From contig NC_068983.1 in the NCBI RefSeq assembly GCF_001194135.2, positions 21,022,099 to 21,086,098 of the forward strand: DNA of 64,000 bases, written 5' to 3'. The translations under genes were made by a program, and so were the position numbers. The notes under the pieces were generated by a model. The model saw nothing but the letters and a program-made list of their open reading frames with translations. It made no database searches and was not told the origin of the DNA. Shown in pieces: positions 1 to 12,279 of the stretch. Position 1 is the stretch's first letter, and each line of letters begins with the position of its first letter. The stretch comes from Octopus bimaculoides (Eukaryota).

Positions 1-31
<31 letters not shown>

Positions 32-419
32 ATACATAGATTTGTTGCTTACAAGCAAATATATATATTTTCATACAAGTTTCTGCATCTACATGTGTAT
101 ATGTGTGTGTGTCTATGTCAGTGGTATGGTTGAAATACTAGTTAAGGCGGTGTAACAATTTCCAAAGCGTCTGCACAAAGAGCGAGCGCAGGTGTACCTA
201 CGCTACTATTTCCATTTTTAACAATTATACAAATATATAATCTTTAAAATGCATTACATACATATTTTTACGTTTGAGTGTGAATTCATACATACTTCGC
301 GAAATATATGGAAGCACAAAATTTTTTAGTAATATGTAAGTATTATGAAGAGTATATGAATGTGCAAACATAATTAAAGCGAAATGCATTTGGTCCTTGA
401 TGTACGTGTTACTAGGATT

Positions 420-1075
420 ACACATATTCGAGGATCTCTGGAGAAGCCTTACACATCAAGTGCGTAGCTCAGTGATTAGAGAGTCTCTCGAGGTAGCGCT
501 GCATTTAGGGTGACAGCTTTTGGTTCTATGGACATGTTTAAAATGTCGCAGGAGAGAATAACAAGATAGATTCTTGAGTCGGATCAAACCTGCAGGACAT
601 CTAGTGTTAGGTTAGAACAAGAATGTTGAATGATATTTATAGCCTCATTTGGTTATGCATAAGAATCCAACCGGAAATTGTAGCAACACTTGCTTCTAGT
701 AGAACGCTATGAAAGAACCACATGAACGCTCCACCCTAAGACTGTCGAGGCTAAGTGGACGGAGAAGATGGATAAAATGCAGGAACAACGAAACAGTTTG
801 TCATGTCAGATTCCAGAAATTCTTACGACACTTGTAATCTAATAGAGCCCTATGGAAGAGACACGTGAGCGCTCTGCTCCTAAGACCCTCTAGAATTAGT
901 GGACGGTGAAGATGGATAGAATACAAGAACAGCAAAAAGGACCATTTCAGTTTCCAGAAGGCCTAATGAAATTTGCTTCTGATAAAACCCTGTAGAGGAG
1001 ACACGTGAGAGCTCTACTCCTGCATATTTCCAGGAATAGAGAAGTTGAATGGATGGAACACAAGTCTAGAGAAAA
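420..1075 (+). mobile_element. RTE-clade LINE 3' end relic with its terminal ~140 bp reiterated three times
   Basis: Frameshifted translation gives VRSSVIRESLEV, GHV-KMSQERITR and ASDKTL*RRHVRALLL, matching the RTE ORF2 C-terminal pattern. Three related units start near 707, 851 and 990, each ending in a GAAGATGGAT-like tail. Confidence 0.6.
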
Positions 1076-1827
1076 TGGTCTTTTATTTGTTTCTGTGATC
1101 AATTTTCCTTTCAGTTTAAGATGACTTCACTTCTTTGAGCGGAAGATAGTCACACTTTAAATCTTCACTTCGAATTAGTCTCCTATATTTTTTTTATATA
1201 TTATTGTCATTCATAATTTGGGGAATATCTTAAAAATTGTATAATATTTTCGAATGAGGGAAACGTTCGACGGATATTGTGAACTACTATAAAATAAACG
1301 ATGCCCCCGTTAGAATAGCTAAAAGAAAATCTGAACTAGTTTATTTATTGAATTTTCATTAAGTTCATAACACGTTATACACACGTTGTAACATTATATA
1401 AACAATAGAAGAATGTCAATATTTTGAGAAGATAAAGCAGAAGATTTGAACAGAACGTTTACACACGTACACATACACGCACATGCATACTCACACAAAA
1501 ACGCATACACACGCATGCATATATAATTTGGATGTATATTTGTTTGCATGCATATATGTATAACCCTTTCTCTGTCTCTTTATATATGTGTGTGTGTGCA
1601 TACATGCATATATACACACATACATACACCTAAATACATACGCGCACACATAATCCAGTAAGATAAAGAAAGAGTTTAACGCATCTCTAATGGCCAGTTA
1701 CAATTGTTTCGATACTCCTCTATTTTTAACACTATTGTACACAAAAGGTCCATGTAAATTTACATAATATTTGCGGTTTTAAACAACAGAGTGATTCTTC
1801 GTCACACTAGCATCAAAAGGTCACCTC

Positions 1828-1901
1828 TTAAAAACTGTACATCTGTATTTGGTTTGCAATATTCTTGATGTAAACTTTGTTGAAGCAATTTTCTAGGTAT
1901 C
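1828..1901 (-). CDS. Candidate terminal coding exon of an unidentified host gene: (R)YLENCFNKVYIKNIANQIQMYSF*
   Basis: Minus-strand acceptor ttattatctactag|GA after a long pyrimidine tract in a 112-nt intron (1902-2013). Phase 1 matches the upstream exon; TAA at 1830-1828. Confidence 0.45.
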
Positions 1902-2013
1902 CTAGTAGATAATAAAAATGTAGTATAGTGATGGAGGTGCGTGACAAAGGAACATAAGGGAAAAAAACAGAAAAAAAAATACACAAAGAGACGTACAATG
2001 TACACAGACATAC

Positions 2014-2106
2014 TCAAGCCCTCATCAGCTGTCGACCAAATATCATCAAATTTTCGATACCTTCCGACAATATTGTTCAATTTAGCAGTGACGGCAATAT
2101 TAGTTG
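2014..2106 (-). CDS. Candidate internal coding exon, 93 nt, phase 1-1: TNIAVTAKLNNIVGRYRKFDDIWSTADEGL
   Basis: Acceptor ttataatatag|CA and consensus donor TTGA|gtatgt. Only one frame is open, and it splices in frame to 1901-1828. Confidence 0.5.
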
Positions 2107-2419
2107 CTATATTATAAATGAGCAGATAGATATGATAGATAAACACGAACAGAAAAAATAAGGTAAGTATGAGGATTACAACAGATAAGGTCTCTAGACG
2201 GAATGATAAGAAGGACGAGTTATATGTAAGGACAATTACAGAAAAAAATTAATGACCGACAAGGGGAGTCACTCATATATATAGAATATCTTTCGACAAT
2301 GTGACAAAAACAAGACTCACACGCATGTGTGTGTATGCGTTTGTATGTGTGTTTGTAAGTGTATTTGAGTTTTACCACACCCACAAGCAATTGTTTAATT
2401 TGCCTGTCAACCCTTGCCT

Positions 2420-2720
2420 GTCATCCTTTCGATGTTGACAAAATAAATATCAGTCGAACTTTGAGGTCGATTTAATCGACTTAACCATTGCCTCGAAATT
2501 ACTGGCCTTGTGCCAAATTTTAAAATCAATAATAGTACACTACGTAAAGCGGCGAACTGGCAGATTCGTTAGCATGTCGGGAAAAATGCTTAGTAATGTC
2601 GACTTCGCCTTCCATCCATTCGGGATTGATAAATTAAATACCAGTCGAGTACTAGGATCGATATAATCAACTTAAGTCCCCTCACATAATTGTTGGCCTC
2701 TTGCCAAAATTCAAAACCGG
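2420..2720 (+). mobile_element. Two degenerate SINE family A fragments
   Basis: Similarity to the copies at 2921 and 3379; the second fragment lacks the B-box region. Confidence 0.7.
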
Positions 2721-2920
2721 TATTAGTATAAGAATGTGTTTGTAAATATGATTGTGTCTTTTCAAGTTAACACGCCTGTATATTTAGTATTGTACAGAAA
2801 TACGATAACCTGACAGCGTACGGAAACTTCCTTGACTCCCCTAATTAATTTTTATAGACTATACCCAGGTGATTCCGTTTCTGCTATTTGCCTTGTCTGT
2901 CTAGAAGACGAACCCCTGAA

Positions 2921-3138
2921 AGGTGGCGAGCTGGTAGAAACGTTAGCACACCGAGCGACATGTTTAGCGGTGTTTCGTCTGTCTTTACGTACTAAGTTCA
3001 AATTCCGCCGAGATTAACTTTGCCTTTCATCCTTTCGGGGTCAATAAATTAAGTACCAGTTGTGTACTGGAGTCGATTTAATCGACTGGTCCCCTCCCCT
3101 AAAATTTCGGATCTTGTGCCTAGAATAGAAAAGAATAT
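2921..3138 (+). mobile_element. tRNA-derived SINE family A
   Basis: Head ggtggcgagctggtagaa, B-box-like gttcaaattcc, core gcctttcatcctttcggggtc-ataaattaagtaccag and tail cttgtgcctagaatagaa. Possible 9-bp TSD aa(c/t)ccctga. Confidence 0.9.
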
Positions 3139-3378
3139 AAATCCCTGATTTCATAATTCTTATTTTATATACATTACTCTGTTTGTTTCTTTCTTGTTTT
3201 CTTTTTATTTTCATTTTTCATCCTTGTATTCTGTTTCTCTTTACTGTTTTGCTTTATACTCTCATTTTATTTTTTGTATTTTTTTGTACATTCCTAATTT
3301 TATTATCTATATAAACGTTCGTAACCCTTGACTTTCAATATTATAATTGTCATTGTCTATCACTTATTTATACGCTAT

Positions 3379-3593
3379 AGGACGGCGCGCTGGCAGAATG
3401 GTTAGAACGCTGAGCGAAATGCTTACCGATTTTTCGACCGTCGCTACGTTCTGAGTTCAAATTCCGCCGAGGTTAACTTTGCCTTTCATCCTTTCGGGGC
3501 CGGTAAAATAAGTACCAGTAAAACACCGAGGTCGATGTAATCGACTATCCCCTCCCCCAACTATTTCAGGCCTTGTGCCTATAGTAGAAAGGA
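3379..3593 (+). mobile_element. SINE family A, full length with 15-bp TSD
   Basis: ttatttatacgctat at 3364-3378 and 3594-3608 flanks a complete head-core-tail copy. Confidence 0.92.
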
Positions 3594-4020
3594 TTATTTA
3601 TACGCTATTATATAGGGTTCTTATATTTCACTGTCTCCACCTGCTGAAATGGTTTGGTAAAGATCATTGAAACAATAGGAGTAAATGACTTGGAGTATCT
3701 ACAACATTTTGCTCTAATGTAATCGACGATATAAGTCTCTGTGTGCAATGATGCAGCCTGAATTTAAATGTATTCCTATTCATACTGTGAATCGAGAAAG
3801 ATTCATTGTAATTCGAATATTGAGCTTTAATACGTATTGGAACATGTTGGCTGCTGTATTACATTACTAACTGTACATATACATATACATACACAAACAT
3901 ATAAACGCTCACACCACAAGAACACCGCAAACACACACACGCGTGTACGCGCAGACACGCCGTGTATATATGTCTGTATACGTGTCTGTGAGCGTGTATG
4001 TCTGTGTATACATGCGCGGC

Positions 4021-4068
<48 letters not shown>

Positions 4069-4659
4069 CAGGGAGAAGAAACTGTGAATCTGAGATAAGA
4101 TAACACGAATGTACAGATGCAGCGCAATGTCAGATGTTGAAGAGAAATCTAGAAAGTAGGTAAAAAAGAAAAAGAAAATAAGGCTGTATTAGTTATAGCG
4201 AAATTGTGTGAAGGAATAAAGTGTAAATAATTATATTGAAGTAACAAAATAAAAATCGTTAGAATAGAAAGGTGTTAACGATGAAGAAGAAAGTGTGATT
4301 TATATGATCGAAAGACAATAGTTAATGGGGAGAATAGATATCCAGCTAAATTGGAGAGACTCTAAAGTGGAGTCAGACGGAAAGAGCTAGTGGGAAATTT
4401 TGCATCATTTTTGAAAGGTACGATGGAGTAAATTTTAGGGAAATTATAATGAAACAGATGATTTCAGAAATTATTATGAAATTGACAATGTGGAAGATAG
4501 AAATGTTTAAGAAGTGAGAATTAAACGATGTTGAGATATACAGCGTGTACGCCAAAGATGTATACACACATTGAATGATCATAAATCAGTATTTATTAAA
4601 GTATGTTTCTTTTTCAAAATTTAATTGAGTCTACAGATAGCATTTAATTATTTCATGAA

Positions 4660-5580
4660 ATTTTTCCACACTGGTGACTATTCTTGCTCCATGCACTGCT
4701 GATAACGCAAAGTAATGGGATCGAAAATATCAGGAAATATTTCATTCGATATTTGTATTCAATCTCGGTTAACAGCTGCGCTCAATTTATTGACCGTTGC
4801 TTGTTTTGTACCGTAAGCATTTACCTTACAAGTGCCCCGTAAAAAAGTTCTGTGGTGTGTGATCTGATGAAGGCCGAGGGCATTCTAATGAACCTCTTCA
4901 TACAATCCACCGGTTTAGCCCAATCTCGTCAACGAACGCTCTTATATCACTGCGGTACGGTAGAGGTTCCCATGTTGATGGAAATATACTCCACGTCTTC
5001 AAAATCCTCTTCAATGCCAGGCATAGCAGATTGTCGCAACAAGTTTGTAGTGCACTGTCAAAAAAGAATGGTCTAATTAATTTTTATGATGATAAACCTG
5101 GAAATTTACATGATGTTCCTCGGTGATATATGGATTCTCAGGTCCCTACTGCATGCAGTTTTAGTGGTTAACTGGGTAATTTCACAACTGCACAAATTCT
5201 TTATTAGAGAGTGTGCATCTTCTATAGATGCTGCTAATTATCACTGACAAAGCTCTACTCTCTGCTCTGGATTAACTTCATTGAGAGCATGGAGTCTTCT
5301 AGGAATCTAACTTATCTCATGACAACACTTCACAATGTGATTTTAAATTCCCTATCTCACAACTAAAATTTTCTTGATTTCTGGCGAGTAGTTTCTAGTA
5401 ACATTACTTGCTGTGTGAGACTTGTGGGTTTCGCCGCCTTCCGGAGTATTTTTTGAGAACATTCTGAACAGTTCCATCTGCTTGTAACTTATCACTAATT
5501 CGAGTGATAGTTACGGCACGTGGATATGACTTTAGAACTATTTCTTTTCTTCTAATCTTAGTCTGGCTCTCTTCTTTATT
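4660..5580 (-). pseudogene. Decayed Tc1/mariner transposase of DD41D (rosa-like) type
   Basis: Broken frames give YSGRRR, EQRVELCQ, GPENPYITEEH, PFFFD, FHQHG and DIRAFVDEIGLNRWIV*RGSLECPRPSSDHTPQNF. About 41 residues separate the inferred D2 and D3 positions. Confidence 0.6.
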
Positions 5581-5670
5581 TCTAACGGGTTAAATGTTTA
5601 AACAAATGAAAATTAAGTGAGCTATTCGACACCTTATATTTTAATATTTATGTCTGTTGATAGTTTTTTT

Positions 5671-5916
5671 TACTTGTTTCAGTCATTTGACTGCGGCCAT
5701 GCTGGAGCACCGCCTATAGTCGAGCAAATCGACCCAAGGACTTATTCTTTGTAAGCCTAGTACTTATTCTATCGGTCTCTTTAGCCGAAACGCTAAGTTA
5801 CGGGTACATAAACATAACACCATCGGTTGTCAGGCGATGTTGGGGGGACAAGCACAGACACACAAACAAATACCTGCTTCAATACACGAATTTACATCAG
5901 GAATGTTGCAAAACAA

Positions 5917-5947
<31 letters not shown>
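5671..5947 (-). mobile_element. SINE family B, 3' half plus internal (TA)n
   Basis: Near-identical to the reverse complement of the 3' halves at 56570-56780 and 58600-58830. Confidence 0.85.
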
Positions 5948-8478
5948 CAGGCATACCTCACCCGGTGTCGTTAATTTGTTCCAGGAGACACGACGTATGT
6001 CGAAAATTAACTTGAATTAACTTGTCTCTAGGCTTAACTGAAAATAACCATTTCCAGTTCTGTACTTTATTTATGAATGCATTTTCAATAATACTTGGTT
6101 AATAAAAGCCTATTTCAAGCTTACAAACAAATAATTTTCATTTTTTAATACAGTGCTGTAAAAAAGAAAATAATCTAAATTTACTAATACAATTTGGCAG
6201 TGCTTACCGTACATCGCGGACGCTTTATTTATGAATGTGGTTTGCAATAAGACCTGCTAAAATAAAAGCCTTTTAAAGCTTCAAAAACAAATTCAGTAAT
6301 TATTATTATTTTGCAACAGTGAAAAAAAATTAATTATTTTAAATTTACCAATACGTACATACAGTTTGGTGGTTTACATTCCGGATGTAGATGGCTGTGA
6401 ATCAACAGCTGACTCTGGTTGTTCTTGCTAGATGCGCTTAAAAAACCGGCTGAGAGCTCCTTGAACTGTCTTGTATTCTTTTCCTCAAGTATTACATTTT
6501 AAGGAGCAAAAGCTTTGTGAAAAGTCCCCATAAACCTGGTAAAGCATTGAGCATTTGAATCTATATCCTCAAACATAGAAAGACCTTTTTCCATATATGC
6601 AAAATACTTGTTGCATTTTCACAATGGTAAAGTGACGTGACTCAGGTTCGACTTACTATTCTTCTTTATTTCGCTACTCGTGAAGATCTATCAAATGCTC
6701 ATTCATCAGGGGCTGCTTGTCTTTTTCAAATAAATCTGTGAAATCCTCCTCCTCCAAATCCATTTCCAGTTCTTTGCTCGTAGTCACCAACGTTTTGCAG
6801 ATGGCAACATTATCAAACCCCTTAAAATCATTCACGAATTACGGGCAAAGTTTCTTACATACACCATTCATAGCTGTGCTCTGTACATCATTCCATGCCG
6901 CTGCTATGTTCTGTCCAGCCTTATAGATATCGTATCTCTTCCAAAAGTCACGAAGTGTGATGGACTCATCAAGATCAGTTGCAGCTATTGCTTGCCACAG
7001 TGTACGCTTCATATAGTAACGCTTGAAAATAGCAATTATTCCCTGATCCACTGGCTGCAGAAGAGGCGTGGTGTTCGGAGGGAGGTTTATGACGATAACG
7101 TTGGAGTCAAAGTCTACGATATTTTTCGGGTGGCCAGGAGTATTGTCTAAGATAAGTAAAACCTTAAAAGGAATTCCCTTCTCCTTATAGTACTTCTCTG
7201 CTGTTGGGATAAAATCATTGAAGAACCAATCTTCAAAAACAACAACAGTAACGCATACTTTTGAATTAGCCATTCATATAACAGGGAGATACCTTGGGTA
7301 TGATACACAATCAATGGCTTTAACTTAAGATATCCTACACATTACCTCCCAACATAATGGTCACACGTTCTTTTGAGACTTTGTAGCCGGGAATAGTTTT
7401 CTCCTCCCTGAAAATGAATGAAGGGTGTAGTAATTCTTTCCAATAAAATCCAGTTTCGTTTACGTTAAAAATCTTTTCGGGAAGAAACTCGTTTTCTTCT
7501 ATGATTTTCTTTAATGCATTAGGAAATTCTGCTGCTGCTTGTTTGTCAGCTGGTGCACTTTCACCTTGCTTCTTAATGGAGTGACAACTTTTTCGCTCTT
7601 TAAATCTCATGAACCATCCTTGGCTTGCCTTGAACTCTCCATGTTTCTCATCTGGATATTTTTTTTCCAGGTCTTAAAACAAAGACAGCGCTTTCTCTTG
7701 AATGATTTCTTGACTAATAGTAACACGCTGACGATTCATCCTAACAATCCAAAAAGAAAGAAGACTTTCCATTTCTTCAAAGATATTGCCTCTTTTCTTA
7801 TTGATGACAGTGTTCTTCACCCCTGGGGCTTCAGATTTGATATGTGCTAAAATCTTGTCATTATGTACACTCGTCCCAACAGATCGTACAATTTCTACCA
7901 CTTTTTCACCTTTTCCATGACGTTTTATTATATCCAGTTTATCTCCCAGCGTTATAGCATGAGGCTTAGCACTTTCAATATGAATTTTCTTAGGAGCCAT
8001 GGGGGCAAAAACCAACGTAAGAAAATGAATGAGAATGAGAAAGTAGCCGATAAACAGACGTAAACAAATCTGAATTTAAAACAATCGCGGGAATCACGAG
8101 TGATAACGACGCCTAACGGTAGATATTGGAACTACAGTTCAATATGAGCTCCGAGAGACCGATAAATAAGACAACACAGCTGATTTGATGATTTAGTTCA
8201 CTAAGCTACACTACTTTATGGTGTGTTTCTTAACATTTACTGTACGTAATTTAATATGATTTTATATGCTTTTATTCTTATTTATTGTACAGTAATATCA
8301 TTGTATGTGTTTTGAACGGTTTTCTAGTAATTTTACGATTCCAATATTTGTGGCGGACAGGCGTAAACTCGAGTAAAATGACTTAGCTTGATCTTTATTT
8401 TTCCGTATATTATTTTTGAAAACCGACTTATAATCGAAAATGACTTAAATCGAAACGACAAAAGTCGAGTTATGCCTG
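5948..8478 (-). mobile_element. Full-length Tigger/pogo DNA transposon (2531 bp)
   Basis: Imperfect TIRs caggcataMctc......tgtcgtt with TA on both sides (5946-5947, 8479-8480). Contains transposase pieces and a ~160-bp tandem duplication at 6063-6390. Confidence 0.92.
6400..8015 (-). pseudogene. Frameshifted TIGD/Tigger transposase (HTH-psq, CENP-B-type HTH, DDE_1)
   Basis: ORFs 7674-8015 (ITLGDKLDIIKR...ISQEIIQEKALSLF), 7335-7610 (FNVNETGFYWK, KERVTIMLGGN) and 6839-7273 (LILDNTPGH, LPPNTTPLLQPVDQGII). Confidence 0.9.
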
Positions 8479-8480
8479 TA

Positions 8481-8562
<82 letters not shown>

Positions 8563-8677
8563 CGCGTGTGTGTGTATGTATGTATGTATATGTATATATA
8601 TACATATATATCTACACTTATATGTATATACATGTACCTATATATACATATATATATGTATATACATGTACCTATAT

Positions 8678-8715
<38 letters not shown>

Positions 8716-8775
8716 CTTAATACACACACATATATGTATTTATATATACATATACAAACATATGTGTGTGTGTTG
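8479..8775. repeat. Compound (TA)n/(TG)n/(CA)n microsatellite
   Basis: Direct reading. Confidence 0.95.
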
Positions 8776-8833
8776 GTTTATAGGTGTAAAATAAATGCGT
8801 GCACAAGACACCCTCAGAGACGTTCCTTTAAAC

Positions 8834-9167
8834 CAGTGGTTCTCAGCCAGGATCCATATAAGATATTTGGGATCCATTCCATGCAACAAAATAGCAAACT
8901 GGGGATCCACAATAGTATTTTAAGAGCCGCTGAATATATTTCGCTTTAGATGCCTGTATTGCTACTTATTGCAAGAAACAGTTAGGTTTCATTCTCTAAC
9001 ATTTTACGTAGTTCAGCGAATACATTTTAATGTGTGAAAAGCAAAAGAAGTATTTTGAAAGAAGTTTCAATAAAACTAGTCTCTAAACATCGATGGCTAT
9101 GGTTCTTCCAAAAGAACAAAATAGCAATCAAACCGGTTCATAGATAAAATATGGTTGTGAACTCCTG
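8834..9167. mobile_element. hAT (Charlie-like) MITE, 334 bp
   Basis: Perfect 8-bp TSD ctttaaac (8826-8833, 9168-9175). Termini are cagtggttctcagcc and ggttgtgaactcctg; three subterminal ggatcc motifs. Confidence 0.85.
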
Positions 9168-9557
9168 CTTTAAACGGTCCCTCAGTTCCGTTTAAAAGAA
9201 TGTCTCCGGATCAATCTGCAGCCGCCGCTAGTATTCAGTTTTGGTTAACTAGATTGGAACAATGCAAACTTAAGGGCATTGGTCAACGACAAAGCACTTC
9301 CCAATCCAGAAATCGAATCTATGATCTAACGGCCGTGAGCTCGACACTCTTACCACAATACATAAAGATTGAGAGATAAATAAAGACAGACAGAGATCAA
9401 CAAATAGTGAACTGCAACAGAATAACTCACACAACAATCTTGTGACAATATTATGTTCGAATATCTTTCCTTCAATATTATACATATGATTTTTTTTTTA
9501 AATTTCCTCTTTTACGCTGATTTCAGCTGGGAATTAATTAGCAAACAGTATACTTAC

Positions 9558-9610
9558 GTAGCACAGTAAATCATTATAATATTGGTTATATGATCAATAA
9601 CTGAGATTCT
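9558..9610 (-). CDS. Possible small exon RISVIDHITNIIMIYCA(T)
   Basis: Acceptor gacttaacag| and perfect donor |gtaagt with a single open frame. No link to the other exons is established. Confidence 0.25.
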
Positions 9611-10699
9611 CTGTTAAGTCAAATAATGGATCAATATGTATAATTTGATACGCTTGTATTGCTACAGTATTTTGCCGATCGTGTGTAATATCTCCGGTAT
9701 CAGATTCACCTATGTGAAATGAAGCGCAACAGCTTACTTAGCGAATAAATGGAGATTATTCTTTCATATTTTGTAACAGGCAAGGGTTTTTTTCTTTCTA
9801 AACAACGCAAACACAATAAAGCAATATTAAATTGATATTAAAAATGAAAAGAAAATGTTCAAATTAATGCATTAAACCTCTTCACAATTATTCAGTTTTT
9901 TCCCTCCCCATTGTGATGGTGAAAGACAAGTGTTTAAATTAACAGTAGGATTCAGGAAATAGGTTGTTGTTACTGCTGCTTTTGCCGCTGTTAGTCTTTG
10001 TGGTGGGGGTGTTGAGACGTTGTTTTTGTTGATGATGATGAGGATGATGATGGTGGGGGTGGTGGTGATGCTTTTGTTTGTTTACTCTCTCAATTGGGTT
10101 CTGATTGATGAAACCAATGATCAAAACCATTCCAGCGGTGATCGTCCAGATATTTTTCTATAGATTTTTCTCTCCCGGACTATATTATCCAATACGCTCC
10201 CCCCCCCCTCCGCCAATTTTTTTAAAACTGGAAGGGTATGATTTCAAGGATATTCTGTTTCCATCTCCAGCTAGCCGAACGGCCACGTAGAGAATATCAA
10301 TGTTGGTTTATCAAAATGTTCCAAACAATTCTGTATACTGAATTATATGTATATTATGGTTTAAGTATTAATATGTTTGAAACATTACTTTCTTTAAGTT
10401 CGTACCTATTCCATCAATCAAACTTGCCGAATAGCCAAGTAATAAGGATGGAAACACACCAATAACCGTTGCTAAGCTGTTGTAGGAGGCACACACACAC
10501 ACACACACACAAACACATTATATATACACAGATATGACAGCCGTATATAGACACCCTTATAATCATTAAAATTTACATAAATCTGAAAGTATACATTCAA
10601 ATTATTTATGAATTGTTATAATGTGAATATTTAATATTTAGTAGACATGCCCTTTGCATTTTTCCATGTAATAACCTTATTAGGCATGTTACTGATCAG

Positions 10700-11360
10700 A
10701 TGACGAATATTCTCTTGCGCAATTTCTTGCCAATTTCATGCAGTAATCTCAAAAGATCTGGCTTGGAAGATGTTTTCTTGTTCTTTTTTATGAAGTGTCT
10801 TGTCGATGTCCCAGAGATGTTCAATAGGGTTAAAATATAGTGACTGGATTGGCCATGGAAGTTTTTTTAATGTCATTCTCATTCAACAAATCTTGGGTCC
10901 CATCTTCCAGACATAAAGAGTTGTCTTTAATCATTTCACAACTCGAGAAGATTGGAAGGACTATTTTCTACAATATGGATACATATTTATCTGTGTTTAT
11001 GTTTTCCTCACACTCCACCAATTCAGATCAACCATTGCTTCAAATTGCCCCCCCCCCTGACCATTACAGAATGGCTGCCGTATTTCATTGTTAGCTGAAA
11101 TCTTTTCACATCAAATTCTTGGTCACAGTCTCCAGACCTACACATGACCACTGTCAGGAAATAGAGCAAATCTGGTCGCATCAGAAAATATGACAGTGTC
11201 CCAAAATGCTAGTGTCCTCTCCACCATCTCACTAGCCCAATCTTTTCTCCATTTGATGTTGGCTGGTCGAAGAAGTGGCTTCCTTCTTGCTGCCCCGCCA
11301 CTTTCAAGGCTTCATTTATGCATGGCATGATTGAACAGCCACATATAGAACCTGAAAAAG
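10700..11360 (-). pseudogene. Tc1 (DD34E) transposase relic
   Basis: Translations AARRKPLLRPANIKWRKDWA, WDTVIFSDATRFALFPDSG, MKYGSHSVMV, LEDGT and PWPIQSLYFNPIEHLWD. Confidence 0.85.
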
Positions 11361-11469
11361 AAAAATGTCAATTAATAAAAAATATAAACCTTTACAAGTA
11401 AGATGTTTTATGGGGTGTCTATCTACTTCTGTTATGTTTGTATGTGTAAATATATATATATAAACTTGA

Positions 11470-11762
11470 CTCCGTTGGTCACGAATGGCCATCGGTGCAC
11501 CTAAGATGTTCCCTTCCGGGGAACAAATCTGAGCGGATAGTTGCCTCACTGGCAAACGCACAACTTAGGATTGTTTTTATGGAAGACCAGCAGTCGCCCA
11601 TGAAAACCTGCCTCCTCTCTACACGCCACCGATGTTTTCCAAGCTGGAGAGGCAAAGGTTGGTTCACCTTGGCAACACTGACGTTGCAATTCATTTCTAC
11701 AGGTGAATGAACTGGAGCAACAGGAAATAAAGTACCATGCTCAACAACACAACACGCAAACC
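11470..11762 (-). mobile_element. SINE family C variant lacking its tRNA head
   Basis: Shares ctggagcaac...gctcaa.aacacaac with 19936-20063 and 54707-54971 but has a longer, different 3' body. Confidence 0.65.
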
Positions 11763-12045
11763 GGTGAGTGGATTTGGTCGAGGGAAACTGAAAGAAGCCT
11801 GTTGTATATATATAATATATATGTGTGTGTATGTTTGTGTTTCTGTTTTTGTATTCCTATTATCGCTTGACAACCGATGTTGGTATGTTTACGTCCCCGT
11901 GACTTAGCGGTTCGACAAAAGTGACCAATAGAATATGTATTAGGTTTACAATGAATAAGTTCTGGTGTCGATTTGTTCGACTAAAGGCGGTGCTCCATCA
12001 TGACCGCAGTCAAATGACTGAAACAAATAAAAGAATAAAAGAAAA
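11763..12045 (+). mobile_element. SINE family B, 5'-truncated, with internal microsatellite
   Basis: gtgagtggatttgg...aaagaagcc, then (TA)n(TG)n, then the conserved 3' half ending gactgaaacaaataaaag. Confidence 0.85.
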
Positions 12046-12047
12046 AT

Positions 12048-12089
<42 letters not shown>

Positions 12090-12090
<1 letters not shown>

Positions 12091-12215
12091 CGGCGGGCTT
12101 CTTCCAGTTTCTGTACCGAATTCACCCACAAGACTTTAGTTGGTAGTTGGTCCGAGGCTATAGTAGAAAATACTTACCCAAGGTACCATGCAGCTGGACT
12201 GAATCCGGAACCATA
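12090..12215 (-). mobile_element. SINE family B head fragment
   Basis: Reverse complement of the head at 55808-55980. Confidence 0.75.
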
Positions 12216-12279
12216 ATGTATGCCTGTTGCTTTCTGACTTCATTTTGTATACAATGAAGCATTTATGCTGATTTTCCCC

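Noticed and set aside
3640-3800. Minus-strand open frame AASLHTETYIVDYIRAKCCRYSKSFTP as an exon
   Set aside because: Weak donor, phase incompatible with the 2106 exon, and it resembles a LINE 3' end.
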